From: Candidatus Parcubacteria bacterium
GTDB taxonomy: Bacteria > Patescibacteriota > Minisyncoccia > Sungbacterales > SURF-37
Length of the DNA: 64,000 nt
Assembly: GCA_003599755.1 (NCBI GenBank)
Contig: QZJO01000011.1
Coordinates: 2,424 to 66,423, forward strand
Reading direction: 5' to 3'
Shown here: positions 9,530 through 19,699 of the stretch, piece after piece
Layout: every line of letters begins with the position of its first letter
How positions within the stretch are numbered: the stretch's first letter is position 1
The notes under the pieces: generated by a model
What the model saw: the letters and a program-made list of their open reading frames with translations, nothing else
Told to the model about the DNA's origin: nothing
Database searches by the model: none
Translations under genes and position numbers: made by a program

Positions 9530-10312
9530 TTAAGTAGTATCCCTTTTTTGCATCCATTTTGCGAACCCTTCGAACGAACGGAGGATTTCCAGCGGAACGG
9601 TGAAGACGACGGTGTTGGACTGATCCGACGAGATGTCGTTGATGGACTGCAGCGTCCGCAGATGCAGCGCGCCCTCGGTGGATGCCAGAATCTTTGCGGC
9701 TTCGGACATGTTTTTCGCCGCTGCCAGCTCCCCTTCCGAGTTGATGATGACCGCGCGCTTTTCGCGTTCGGCTTCGGCTTGCTTGGCAATGGTCCGCTCC
9801 ATGTCCGCGGGCAAGCTGATGTCTTTCAATTCCACGTTGTTCACCTTGAGGCCCCAGGCATCGGTTTCCTTGTCCACGATTTCCCGGATCCGGTCGGCCA
9901 GCTTTTCGCGGTTTGTCAGAAGCTCGTCGAGCGATACTTCGCCGACGATGTTGCGCATGGTCGTCTGGGCATATTGCGAAATCGCGTAGCGAAAATCTTC
10001 TACCTCGAGAATGGCTTTTTCCGCGGATTCGACGCGGTAGTAAATGACGGCGTTGACCGTGACCGAAACGTTATCCTGGGTGATGGCTTTCTGGTCCGGC
10101 ACGTCCACCGCTTTGACGCGCATGTCTACCTTGCGGTAGCCCTGGAAGATCGGGATGACGATGCGCCAGCCCGGATCCATTATGCCGGTAAACCGGCCCA
10201 TGGTGAATCTGAGGCCGCGCTCGTATTGGTTGATCTGTTTCAGACTGACGAGAATCAGAACGACGATGAATGCGCCGATCGAGTAGAGCCAGATCTCAGC
10301 GGTAGTCAGCAT
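9530..10312 (-). CDS. SPFH/stomatin (slipin) family protein
   Basis: N-terminal TM, ITQDNVSVTVNAVIYYRV, QAEAEREKRA, LRTLQ. Confidence 0.93.
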   Translation of the reverse strand: MLTTAEIWLYSIGAFIVVLILVSLKQINQYERGLRFTMGRFTGIMDPGWRIVIPIFQGYRKVDMRVKAVDVPDQKAITQDNVSVTVNAVIYYRVESAEKAILEVEDFRYAISQYAQTTMRNIVGEVSLDELLTNREKLADRIREIVDKETDAWGLKVNNVELKDISLPADMERTIAKQAEAEREKRAVIINSEGELAAAKNMSEAAKILASTEGALHLRTLQSINDISSDQSNTVVFTVPLEILRSFEGFAKWMQKRDTT

Positions 10313-10423
10313 AGGTCATAGTGAGCGGGTAATGCCCCATTTTCTCCATATCGGTATCGAGAAGCCGCGTCAATAATGGTGATGACATTCCGGCTGCGGC
10401 CGGAGCGGCGTCGGGCCGTATCA

Positions 10424-11842
10424 CTAGCGCGTTTTAAGCGAATCGAGTCCGCGGACCTCGATGCTCGCGCCGGCCTCCGGATCGTTGCGTTGGGGCGCGG
10501 GGATATTCTGCGCGGGCCGTTCGCTCACTTTGCCGTATCCGCATTGCGGGCCCGGATCGGGCACGGTCGTGCCGTCAGTTGCCACTACCGCGCCGCCGCG
10601 GGCCGCGTGCCAGTGATCAGCCCCGCAGCCGATTTCGCTTTCTACTTTGAGCTGGCTGACGGGCAGGTACTTTCCATTGTATTCGATGACCGTAATCATC
10701 GGCGTATCGCCCACGAATTGCCGGATGCCCTGGATTTCCTCGTCGGTCATCGTGTCCAAAAGCGTTCCGGTCGGATGGCCTTCCCAGGTCTGCGTGAAAG
10801 CCCAAGATAGAAGTGTAATTCCCTCCCACGGGCCATAATTGACGATTTGGTTGTTGCGGATCTCCACGGTTTCGGTGCCTTCGGGCGTAGCCGGATCGTT
10901 GATATCCAGATACGTCTGGCCGTTCGCTTGGTGGATGCCGGTAACGGTGACCATGTGCCCGCCGACGATTTGGGTGCCGGCCGCATTGGCGAACTTGATG
11001 CGAAGCTCCACCGCATCTCCCTGTTGGAGCGCGTCGCGGATCGCATCCACGGTCGAGAGGCCGTGCGTATCCCCCACTTTTTCGGTGCGGATGGGTACGC
11101 CCGCGGCCGCAGCCCAGCGGTTCTTGCCGGCCACGAAATCATCGGGCGGCACGCCGTTTTGCGGCGTCCAGTTCATGTGGCGCTTGAGGTTTTCGATGAA
11201 ATCCTGCGGATCGCCGGGGATGAGATCTTCGCCGCCGTTTTTGGCGACAAGCGAGATCAAGCTGTTGGCCGCGGCGGTCGGCGCGCATTCGCCCTTGCGC
11301 TGCGAAAGATCGGGCACGCCGCCGGTCGTGATTCCCACCGGTCCGCTCTGGTCTTGTGCCTGCGCGACCGCGATTCCCCAGCCCTTGGTCGCGTTTTCGG
11401 GATCGGTAATCGACGCGAGGTCCAAAAGTTCCCCAACTTCCATGGTCTTGGCCGCGACCGTCGCGTCGTATTCGGCGCCGTTGATCGTTACGCGGGCCTT
11501 GGCGCCCTCGGCCGGCGGCGTGGCAGCCGCAACATACACGCCGCTTGCCCAATTGGCTTGCGGATGTACCGGCGCGTTCCGAACCAGGTATTCATCGTCC
11601 GCGAACGATTCGTCGCCGTCTGCATCGGCCGCGACGCTCATCGCCGCCCGGCCATCGAGCCCACGGATAAACGGCATCTGCACCAGGAGTTTGCCGGTCG
11701 CCTGTCCATTGCTGGTAAATGCGGTAACCAGGACGGTATCGCCGACCAGTGCGCCTCCATTCGGATTCGATGCGGTGTTCCAGGCAAACAGCAGTCCGGC
11801 GAGAATGACGATTGCCGCGCCGATCATCAGGGCATTCTTCAT
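10424..11842 (-). CDS. Secreted protein with papain-like (C39-like) peptidase domain
   Basis: Signal/TM; Q..ECAPTAAANSL, GHMVTVTG, INDP give a Cys-His-Asp triad. Confidence 0.6.
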   Translation of the reverse strand: MKNALMIGAAIVILAGLLFAWNTASNPNGGALVGDTVLVTAFTSNGQATGKLLVQMPFIRGLDGRAAMSVAADADGDESFADDEYLVRNAPVHPQANWASGVYVAAATPPAEGAKARVTINGAEYDATVAAKTMEVGELLDLASITDPENATKGWGIAVAQAQDQSGPVGITTGGVPDLSQRKGECAPTAAANSLISLVAKNGGEDLIPGDPQDFIENLKRHMNWTPQNGVPPDDFVAGKNRWAAAAGVPIRTEKVGDTHGLSTVDAIRDALQQGDAVELRIKFANAAGTQIVGGHMVTVTGIHQANGQTYLDINDPATPEGTETVEIRNNQIVNYGPWEGITLLSWAFTQTWEGHPTGTLLDTMTDEEIQGIRQFVGDTPMITVIEYNGKYLPVSQLKVESEIGCGADHWHAARGGAVVATDGTTVPDPGPQCGYGKVSERPAQNIPAPQRNDPEAGASIEVRGLDSLKTR

Positions 11843-11890
11843 AGTATGGAGACAGTACCAAATACCGCGGCAATGCTCAACGCCGGCGTG

Positions 11891-13561
11891 TTACGCAGCC
11901 AATGCGCCATGCTGCTCCGTTTTCAGCCGGGCCAACGTTTTTGCGTTCCATTGCTCGCTTTTGAGTACGCGCGCGATCCATTCCCCGCCGAGCGTATGCG
12001 GCATCATGACGAAGTCGGCCCCGTGCTGGTAGAGCGCCGCGGCGTCGGCCGCGTGGTAGGCATTCGCAATGATAAGCGCATCTTTGTTGGACTTGCGCAC
12101 GAACTTCATCAAGTTGATCTGGTCATCCACGGCCGGGATGGTCATGATGACGATTCTGCTCGCGGCGATCGACAGGCCTTCCAGAAATTCAATATCGGCG
12201 ATATCGCCGAAGTAAAACGGGATATCGGCTTTGCGGAGCCGCGCGACGGCGGCCGGATCGAAATCGACGACGGCAAAATTCGTTTTCAGATCAGCCATTG
12301 CCTCGGCTACTTTCATGCCGATGCGGTGATAGCCGATGATCCAGGCGTCATACTGTTCGGGGGCGCGATCTTGCTGGCGGTATTTGTCTGGTCCGAATCG
12401 GCGGAAAAACGGCAGAAGCATGCGATAGATTTTCTCGTTATAGGAAATCAGATACGAAGAGGCGAAAATGGTGGCAATGGCTACGGCCGTGAAAATCGCA
12501 ACCTCGTCGCCCTCGATGTGCCCGGCCTGCCGGCCGGCGAACAAAAGCACGAACCCGAACTCGCTGACCTGTGCCGCGGTCAGGCCGGCCAAAAAGCTGT
12601 TGCGCCGCGTAAAGCGCAACGTCCGAAACAATATATAGAGGATCAACGGATTGCCAATAAGAATGAAGAGCGAGAGTACGATGGCCGGTGTCGCGATGGT
12701 CTCGAGCGAGCTGAGGCCCATTTCGCTGCCGAGCACGATGAAAAAGAGAATCAAGAAAAAGTCGCGCAGGGGCCGGATGCGGCTCGCGATTTCCAATTGG
12801 TACGGCGACGAGCTCAGCGCGATGCCGGATATGATCGCGCCGATCTCGAGCGAAAATCCGAGCGCGTAAAGCGTGCTTGCCACGCCGAAGCACCAGGCAA
12901 GCGTGAATAGGAATAAGAGTTCGCTCGAATCGGCGATTCTGTCGAGTAATTTCGGCAAAAGATATCTACTCGCCAGATACAAAACGCCGGCTATGGCCGG
13001 GAGCATCACGATCATCGTGCCAAGATCACTTCCCCCGCTCGCCCGTTCGCCCTGGATCATGCCGAGCGCGATCACGAGGATAACGGCGATCACGTCCTGC
13101 ACGAGCATGAGGCCGATGGTATGGCGGCCGTACATGGTGTCGGTATCCTTTTTGTCCGACAGCAATTTCATGATGATGATCGTGCTCGAAAACGTGATGG
13201 CCACGGCCAAATAGAGCGCGGCTACCAGCGGCATGCCCAGCATCAAAAGCAGCACCGTGCCGATGCTTGCCGTGAAGATTACTTGGCCAAGCCCCGTGAT
13301 GAGGGATACTTTGCCGATGGATTTGAGGTGGTTGAAGTTGAGGTTCAGTCCGATGATGAAGAGCAATAGCACCACGCCGAATTGCGCGAATGTTTCATAC
13401 AGTTCATGGTCGCCGTGGAAGAGATTCAGGATGAACGGGCCGGCGATGATGCCGGCGAAAATATAGGCAACGATCAGGGGTTGGCGGAGCAGCTTCACGG
13501 CAAAAGCAACGCCGACCGTCACCGCCAAAAGCAAACTGGTTTGTACGAAAATGCTATCCAT
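11891..13561 (-). CDS. CPA2/Kef-type cation:proton antiporter with TrkA-N domain
   Basis: FSSTIIIMK, LVQD, QVSEFGF, C-terminal IGYHRIG and GDIAD. Confidence 0.92.
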   Translation of the reverse strand: MDSIFVQTSLLLAVTVGVAFAVKLLRQPLIVAYIFAGIIAGPFILNLFHGDHELYETFAQFGVVLLLFIIGLNLNFNHLKSIGKVSLITGLGQVIFTASIGTVLLLMLGMPLVAALYLAVAITFSSTIIIMKLLSDKKDTDTMYGRHTIGLMLVQDVIAVILVIALGMIQGERASGGSDLGTMIVMLPAIAGVLYLASRYLLPKLLDRIADSSELLFLFTLAWCFGVASTLYALGFSLEIGAIISGIALSSSPYQLEIASRIRPLRDFFLILFFIVLGSEMGLSSLETIATPAIVLSLFILIGNPLILYILFRTLRFTRRNSFLAGLTAAQVSEFGFVLLFAGRQAGHIEGDEVAIFTAVAIATIFASSYLISYNEKIYRMLLPFFRRFGPDKYRQQDRAPEQYDAWIIGYHRIGMKVAEAMADLKTNFAVVDFDPAAVARLRKADIPFYFGDIADIEFLEGLSIAASRIVIMTIPAVDDQINLMKFVRKSNKDALIIANAYHAADAAALYQHGADFVMMPHTLGGEWIARVLKSEQWNAKTLARLKTEQHGALAA

Positions 13562-14696
13562 GGCGTGCTGCCAGTTCGCGAGCGCGTCCCTCTTGCATCG
13601 GATGACGAGTTGGAATAACGATACGGAAAACTACCCCGGTTTCTTTTCCTGGCGGCGGGCTTTCGAACCAGATCTTCCAGCCGAAATGGTCGGTGATCAA
13701 TTTCACGAGATAGAGGCCAATGCCGCTGCCGGATGATTTGCGCGCTTCGGCGCTTTTGGTGCGGTAGACGCGCGTGAAAATTTTGTCTCGTTCATCCGGG
13801 AGAATGACGAGGCCGTTATTCTCGCACGAAAATAGAAACCCCTCGTCGTTGCGGACGAGTCGGACTTCGACGCGGCCGTTGCCCGGATCGCAGTATTCAG
13901 CCGCGTTCGAGATGACATTGAAAAAGACGATGAGGGCAAGCTGGCGTTCCACGGTGATAACGGCCGGCTCGCTGGGCTGTTCGAACGAGATATGAACCGT
14001 GGGATGCGCTTTTTGAACCTCTGCGATAATCTTGGTGATTTCTTCTTCGAGCCGGAGCGGTTCCTTACCGGATACGGCGCCCTGCAGGCGGCTTGCGGCA
14101 AGAAGGTCAGTAACGAAGTAGATCAGGTCCTGATTTTTGCGATATACCTCGTCGAGAATCTCACGGTCTTTCGGGTCGAGCTTGCCGCGCAATCTGAGCC
14201 AGTCAAGCAGCCATTTCGTGGCGGTGAGCGGATTTTTCAGCTGATGTCCGACGATGGAGATGAATTCCGCGCGGAATGCCTCCTGCTCCTTCCGGTCGGT
14301 GATGTCGGGCTCCACGCCGATGAAGAATCGGACGTTTCCTTCTTGATCAAGAATCGGCGCGATATGGAGCTCCTGCCAGTAGTGCGTTCCGTCTTTTCGC
14401 GTATTCTTCACTTCGCCGACAAAGGGCTCTTTGGTTTCCTTAATCGTGCGCCACATATTCTCATAGAATGCCTGCGGCATCTCGCCGCCCCAAAGATCCC
14501 CCGGATTCTTTCCGATGATTTCGCTGATCGGGAAACCAGTGCGCTCCTCAACGGTTTTGTTCGCATACAGAATATTGGCATTCGCGTCGGTGATGACGAC
14601 GTGATCGCGCAATAAATCGAATCCGCGTTTGAGCGGCTCGATTTCCCGCAAATATGTTTCGAGATCGGCTCGCGAAAGCGGAGTACGGATAGCCAT
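13554..14696 (-). CDS. Cytoplasmic PAS sensor histidine kinase
   Basis: PAS, H-box GHQLKNPLT, N-box NVISNA, G2 GSGIGL. Confidence 0.88.
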   Translation of the reverse strand: MAIRTPLSRADLETYLREIEPLKRGFDLLRDHVVITDANANILYANKTVEERTGFPISEIIGKNPGDLWGGEMPQAFYENMWRTIKETKEPFVGEVKNTRKDGTHYWQELHIAPILDQEGNVRFFIGVEPDITDRKEQEAFRAEFISIVGHQLKNPLTATKWLLDWLRLRGKLDPKDREILDEVYRKNQDLIYFVTDLLAASRLQGAVSGKEPLRLEEEITKIIAEVQKAHPTVHISFEQPSEPAVITVERQLALIVFFNVISNAAEYCDPGNGRVEVRLVRNDEGFLFSCENNGLVILPDERDKIFTRVYRTKSAEARKSSGSGIGLYLVKLITDHFGWKIWFESPPPGKETGVVFRIVIPTRHPMQEGRARELAARHG

Positions 14697-14707
14697 GGTC
14701 CGGATTC

Positions 14708-15619
14708 CTATTTGAGAATGCAGTTTTTATATGTTTCGCCGCCGCCGGCTTCGGTGATGAATGCCGTATCGCCTTTGTTCCAGAACACGAACGACTCGTC
14801 GGCTTTGGCATAGCGCGCGCCGGAAGCCGATAGCGCGCGCGGCACGGAAAGTTTTCTGCCATCGCTCAGCACGAGGTCGACGTACTTGTCGTCTCCGATG
14901 TAGAACGACGCTTGGATGGTTCTATCGTCTGCACACTGGAAGGTGACGGTCTTGGGCTGGGTCGCCGTGCAGTACTGCTCCCAGCTGCGCTCGCAGGCCT
15001 GGCGCGCTTCGCACCAGGAGTAACCGGCAGCAATCAGGCAGCCGTGCTCGTCCGTTTGGCCGCCGATGGTTTGATCATTGATGTCTTTGAGTTGCATTGC
15101 CTCGGCATCCAGTATGAGCCGCGCGCTTTTACCGACCGACGGCCGTGCCGTCATGGGTTCGCCCGGTTGGCGATCGGCGTAGTTTACGACAATGGTATTT
15201 CCCGGGCCCGATTCGATGGTTTGGGGCGCGATGCGGTCCCCGAGCAGAAATGCCTGCGAGCCGACGTATCCGGTTTCGGTGTTGAGCGCCGCGACAACGT
15301 AGAAAAACGTCCCCGATCCCCCGGTCTCTTGCGTCAGAAGGAACGCTACGTCTTCCCGCCCGTCACCGTTCAAGTCCTTGCGGACTTCGTTGCCGAAGTA
15401 GCGCGTGACGATTTTCGACGCAGACCCCGGAGCCGCTTCCAGCTCCGATATGCCGTTTGCCAGCGTAATCACGCGGCCCTCGATCACGTACGTCGCATCC
15501 TTTTCGCTCGCCGCCGGGCGCTGGTCGCCCTGCTTTTCGGTGTAGATATAGTCATTCAGGAAGTAAAATCCGCCTACGATGAGCACCACCACTACGATTG
15601 CCCATAACAGTATTTTCAT
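14708..15619 (-). CDS. Exported protein with C-terminal MliC-like domain
   Basis: N-terminal TM, DEHGC..AGYSWC repeat-like segment, SASGARYA..FWNKG. Confidence 0.75.
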   Translation of the reverse strand: MKILLWAIVVVVLIVGGFYFLNDYIYTEKQGDQRPAASEKDATYVIEGRVITLANGISELEAAPGSASKIVTRYFGNEVRKDLNGDGREDVAFLLTQETGGSGTFFYVVAALNTETGYVGSQAFLLGDRIAPQTIESGPGNTIVVNYADRQPGEPMTARPSVGKSARLILDAEAMQLKDINDQTIGGQTDEHGCLIAAGYSWCEARQACERSWEQYCTATQPKTVTFQCADDRTIQASFYIGDDKYVDLVLSDGRKLSVPRALSASGARYAKADESFVFWNKGDTAFITEAGGGETYKNCILK

Positions 15620-16131
15620 ACCTGTTCGTATTGTACTTGGATAATACCATGCTCCAATTTTTGGACCGATTTGAACTGCAACGACATGGTGAAATCCCTG
15701 TGCGCGAATACGGGTTTTCCCGCACCGACGATCACCGGCTCGATGTTGAAAATAACCTCATGAACAAGCCCTGCCTGCATGAATGCGGAATTCACCGTCG
15801 GGCCGCCGCCGACGAGGACGGATGCTATCCCCTGCGCTGAAAGTTTTTGCAGCGCGTCTTCCGGCGAAGCGGCAGCAATGAACCCCGTTTTCAGCTGATT
15901 GGGCCGGGATGTTATGACGACGCGCGGAATATCGGCCAGATCATCGAAACTGTAATCGGCATCCCAACTCGCTACCGTCTCCAATGTTTTCCGGCCGATG
16001 ATGAGCGCTCCCTTCTCCCGAGCAAGAGCGCAAAATACGGTCCAGTTGGCATCTGAAATAAAATCCTCGCTACCGGATTCATCGGCCACGAAGCCGTTGA
16101 GCGACATGGCCATGAATAACGCGACGCGCAT
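15616..16131 (-). CDS. Dihydrofolate reductase/RibD C-terminal family protein
   Basis: AMSLNGFVA, IGRKT, VGGG, EPVIVGAG. Confidence 0.85.
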   Translation of the reverse strand: MRVALFMAMSLNGFVADESGSEDFISDANWTVFCALAREKGALIIGRKTLETVASWDADYSFDDLADIPRVVITSRPNQLKTGFIAAASPEDALQKLSAQGIASVLVGGGPTVNSAFMQAGLVHEVIFNIEPVIVGAGKPVFAHRDFTMSLQFKSVQKLEHGIIQVQYEQV

Positions 16132-16190
16132 AGCTGAAGCATCGCGCAAATCCAAAACGCCCACAAGGGGCGTTTTGGCATCCCGTTATG

Positions 16191-16745
16191 TTATTGGAAC
16201 GTCACCGTACCGAGGATCGTATCGAAGTCCTCGAGGATCATATCCTTGTCGGTGATCCAGGTGACCGAGAATACATATGCGTTGTTGCCGTAGCTGACGA
16301 TGACCGATTTGCCGGCATAGAGGCCGTCCCATCGGTATTCGAGGCCGGAGATTCCGCTTACGGTGCGCCCAACAGGCGTCTGCGGGAAATTCTTGATCCA
16401 ATTGGTGCTCTGCTGCAGCCAGGCATCCGGGGCAAGATTATTCGGATTGGCGTATACGTCGATGGTTATCGAGGTCGGCCCTTCGCTTTGGCCCGAAGCG
16501 CGGCCTTCGAGATAATCCCGGTTTGCCTGGGTATCTTCGATCAAAACGACGCCGTCGGCATTCTCTTTGAGATAGTAGCCCTTCGGATACTGAAAACTGA
16601 ATCCGTGCGAAGCCGATGCGTGCGACTGGAGCTTGTCGGTGCCGTTATTGGCCTGCTTTTCGGCGTAGATATATTGATTGAGCGCGTAAAAACCGCCGAG
16701 TGCCAGCGCCGCAATGACGATTACTGCGATGAGTGTTGCTTTCAT
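16191..16745 (-). CDS. Exported PsbP-like hypothetical protein
   Basis: N-terminal TM, GFSFQYPKGY, FDTILGTVTF. Confidence 0.6.
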   Translation of the reverse strand: MKATLIAVIVIAALALGGFYALNQYIYAEKQANNGTDKLQSHASASHGFSFQYPKGYYLKENADGVVLIEDTQANRDYLEGRASGQSEGPTSITIDVYANPNNLAPDAWLQQSTNWIKNFPQTPVGRTVSGISGLEYRWDGLYAGKSVIVSYGNNAYVFSVTWITDKDMILEDFDTILGTVTFQ

Positions 16746-16788
16746 ATGCTTGGATATACGAGGCCGCCGAGCCGGCGTAACAACTCGA

Positions 16789-17385
16789 TCAGAACGATCC
16801 GGTTTTCACCTCTCCCGCCCGTTCGTAGTTGGCGACAATCACGCCTTTGGGCGATGTTTTCGAATCTTTGAGCGTGAACGCCGCCGGGATCGTGCCCTCG
16901 CCGAACAAGCGTTTTCCCGGTCCCAGCGTGACCGGGAATATTTTCAACCAAAACTCATCCACGAGGTCGTGCTGCAGAAGCGTCTGGATGAATTCGCTGC
17001 TGCCATGCACTTGCAGCTCGGGACCATCTCCCGCCTTGAGCTGCTTCACCGCTTCGACGACATCACCGGCCAGAAGCACGGAGTTCTCCCATTCGGGCGT
17101 CAGCGGCGAATGCGAGGCAACGTATTTTGCCGCCTTATTAAGCGCGCTGCCTTCTTCCGGGTGATGCGGCCAGTACGATGCGAATATGTCGTAGGTCTTT
17201 CTGCCGAGCAAGAGGGCAAAGGGATGGCCCATTTGCTCGTCCATGACGTTGCCGAGAAATTCGTCGAAATACGGGACGGTCCAGCCGCCGTATTTGAACC
17301 CGCCGGAGGTATCTTCCTGGGGGCCGCCCGGCGCTTGCATGACGCCGTCGAGGGAAATGAACGTAAGGACAATGAGTTTGCGCAT
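16789..17385 (-). CDS. Dihydrofolate reductase/RibD C-terminal family protein
   Basis: SLDGVMQAPGG, LGRKTY, VHGS, LVDE, GKRLF. Confidence 0.9.
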   Translation of the reverse strand: MRKLIVLTFISLDGVMQAPGGPQEDTSGGFKYGGWTVPYFDEFLGNVMDEQMGHPFALLLGRKTYDIFASYWPHHPEEGSALNKAAKYVASHSPLTPEWENSVLLAGDVVEAVKQLKAGDGPELQVHGSSEFIQTLLQHDLVDEFWLKIFPVTLGPGKRLFGEGTIPAAFTLKDSKTSPKGVIVANYERAGEVKTGSF

Positions 17386-17503
17386 AATGGGGTGGTATGG
17401 GTATTAGGAGATTGTTGGGGTCTTTACAGTATAGCAGACCGAGGCAGGTCGGAAGCATTACCGTCCGGGACAAGGGGTGCTTCGGGACGCCGAATCCGCT
17501 AGA

Positions 17504-18370
17504 ATGGCCGCGATGGGTTTCCGCCGAAAGAATGGAATTCTGGTTGTAGCTATGGCTGCGATACTGGCAGCCGCTTTTGTGTTGGTTCGACTATCGCGCG
17601 AACAGGCCCCGCCGCCAGTCGCATCCTTGGCGGGTTCGGACCAAGAAGAACCGTCCGGATGCGGCCTCCCCGATACCCCGCCCGAACAAGGGCCGCTGTC
17701 GAAATACGTCGAAATCATCGATTCATGCGGCCCCGATTTCGAAGGGGCGTGCGTCAATGCGCGCACCCGGCCCGATACGTCTGCCCCGGTGGCGGCGCGT
17801 TTGCGAACCGGCATCGTTCTGAAAATTTCGGATACCGTCGTCGGTGATGGCCGATCGTGGTATCGCATCGCGTTCGATGAGGCAATCCGTTATCCCGAAC
17901 GGATCACCAGCGAATGGTATATTACCAGCGAGCACGCGCATCTCATTGAAATTCGAGGCGTTGAAGAACTCCTCGGCGATGCGGTGATAACGACGGAAAA
18001 AGAGATCATCGTGGATCTTTCCGAACAGAAACTGTACGCGTACGAACGCGATGCACTCATCGCCGAAGAATACGTCTCAACCGGCGTGCCGGAGGCCCCG
18101 ACGCCGCGCGGTCCATTCCGCATCTACAAGAAAATGCCGTCGCGCTATATGCAGGGTCCGCTTCCCGGCATTTCGGACCAATATTTCGATCTGCCGGGCG
18201 TGCCGTGGAATCTTTATTTCACGGAACAGGGCGGTGCGATCCATGGCACCTACTGGCACGATCAATTCGGGAAGCGCTGGTCGCATGGCTGCGTCAATCT
18301 TCCGGTCGGGGCCGCAAAGACGCTCTACGAATGGGCGGATCTCGGAACGCGGGTCATCGTGCGCGACTGA
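17504..18370 (+). CDS. L,D-transpeptidase (YkuD) with N-terminal anchor and SH3-like domain
   Basis: VDLSEQKLY, VSTG..TPRG, AIHGTYWH..SHGCVN. Confidence 0.9.
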   Translation: MAAMGFRRKNGILVVAMAAILAAAFVLVRLSREQAPPPVASLAGSDQEEPSGCGLPDTPPEQGPLSKYVEIIDSCGPDFEGACVNARTRPDTSAPVAARLRTGIVLKISDTVVGDGRSWYRIAFDEAIRYPERITSEWYITSEHAHLIEIRGVEELLGDAVITTEKEIIVDLSEQKLYAYERDALIAEEYVSTGVPEAPTPRGPFRIYKKMPSRYMQGPLPGISDQYFDLPGVPWNLYFTEQGGAIHGTYWHDQFGKRWSHGCVNLPVGAAKTLYEWADLGTRVIVRD

Positions 18371-18434
18371 GGGCGTTTCCGCGTTCAGCGGTCTTGGGAG
18401 GCGGCCGATGGCCGCGGCTAGTTTTGCCCCCGAT

Positions 18435-18707
18435 TTATTCGAAGAAGAAAGTTTCTCCTATTAGCAAGGCGAGCGCCAGAGCGCCGATGGCGGTCGCGAA
18501 ATATACGAGCGCATTGCGCTCTTTGTGCCGTATCACCGCAATCAGCCCGAGGACGAAGGCAATGATTCCGAGAAATACGGATGACAATCCGGCGTATGGC
18601 TGGAAACCTTCCACGACGGCAAGCGGAAACAGGGCAAGTGCGGCAATGGCGAGCCCAATAGCCCACCGCGCTACCCAAGATTCAGGAATGATTCTCCGCT
18701 CTTCCAT
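18435..18707 (-). CDS. Small 3-TM membrane protein
   Basis: MEERRIIP...; three hydrophobic helices, co-oriented with neighbours. Confidence 0.65.
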   Translation of the reverse strand: MEERRIIPESWVARWAIGLAIAALALFPLAVVEGFQPYAGLSSVFLGIIAFVLGLIAVIRHKERNALVYFATAIGALALALLIGETFFFE

Positions 18708-18726
18708 ACGATGTGCCCGGATGATG

Positions 18727-19644
18727 CTATTGGCCTCCGTAGGCCTTCTCGAGCGCTGCAACATCGAACTTCTTCATGGGGAGGAACGCTTGGGTCACGC
18801 GGTTGATCTGCTCGGGCGTCCCCCGTTCCATCATCTCCCCCATCCGGTCCGGCACGATCTGCCACGAGACGCCGTATTTGTCTTTCAGCCAGCCGCATTG
18901 CTCGGCCTCCGGAACCGCCGAGAGTTTTTCCCAGTAATAGTCGATCTCCGCCTGATCTTCGCAGTGGACGATCATCGAGATGGCTTCGTTGAACGAGAAA
19001 TCATGCTGGCGCGCGCTGGCATCCATCGCAGCAAACCACTGTCCGAGAAGCTTGAAGTCAGAAAACATAATTGCACCCTCCTTGTTCGGTTCCATGCCGG
19101 CAGGATATCGCGCGATCGCGCCGCGTTTTGCATCCTTAAATACCGAGAGATAAAAGTCGGTCGCTTCTTCGGCAATTTCACCGGTGTCGCTTACAAACAT
19201 CAGAGTAGGGATGATGAGCGGCCGCTCTTCCCCTTCCGGATTCGTAAAGATCAGTTGCCACGAGAGGCCATAGCGATCCTCCACCCAGCCGTAGCGTTCG
19301 CTAAAAGGATATTTGTCCAGTGGCATCAGAATTTTTCCGCCTTCGGTGAGTTTATTCCATACTTGGTCTATTCGTGCTCTCGCGTCGGTATCCTGGGACG
19401 GATCGAAGTTGACCATGAACGAGATCGACGGGTTGAATTTGAACAAGGGCCCCGCGCTAATTGCCTGAAACGAATAGCCCCAAAGATCGAACGAGACGAC
19501 ATCAACGTCTCCCGACGGCGTGTCGTGGAGCGCGGTGACGTTCGTGATACTCGACTGGGGAAAGAGCGACGTATAGAATTCGGCCGCCTCTTTTGCCTCC
19601 TTGTCGAACCAAAGATGCGGAACGATTTTTTGCTTGCGCAACAT
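18727..19644 (-). CDS. Tandem VOC/PhnB (3-dmu-9 3-mt family) protein
   Basis: [42 protein letters not shown]. Confidence 0.9.
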   Translation of the reverse strand: MLRKQKIVPHLWFDKEAKEAAEFYTSLFPQSSITNVTALHDTPSGDVDVVSFDLWGYSFQAISAGPLFKFNPSISFMVNFDPSQDTDARARIDQVWNKLTEGGKILMPLDKYPFSERYGWVEDRYGLSWQLIFTNPEGEERPLIIPTLMFVSDTGEIAEEATDFYLSVFKDAKRGAIARYPAGMEPNKEGAIMFSDFKLLGQWFAAMDASARQHDFSFNEAISMIVHCEDQAEIDYYWEKLSAVPEAEQCGWLKDKYGVSWQIVPDRMGEMMERGTPEQINRVTQAFLPMKKFDVAALEKAYGGQ

Positions 19645-19699
19645 AGGTATGGATGACGTTTCTGACTTAATTTCCTTGCGCGAATGACGTCGCCGAGTT

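Noticed and set aside
10847-12910. 687-aa plus-strand ORF (also 60106-61647, 18205-19656 and similar)
   Set aside because: Antisense shadows of clear minus-strand genes in high-GC DNA; no recognisable motifs.
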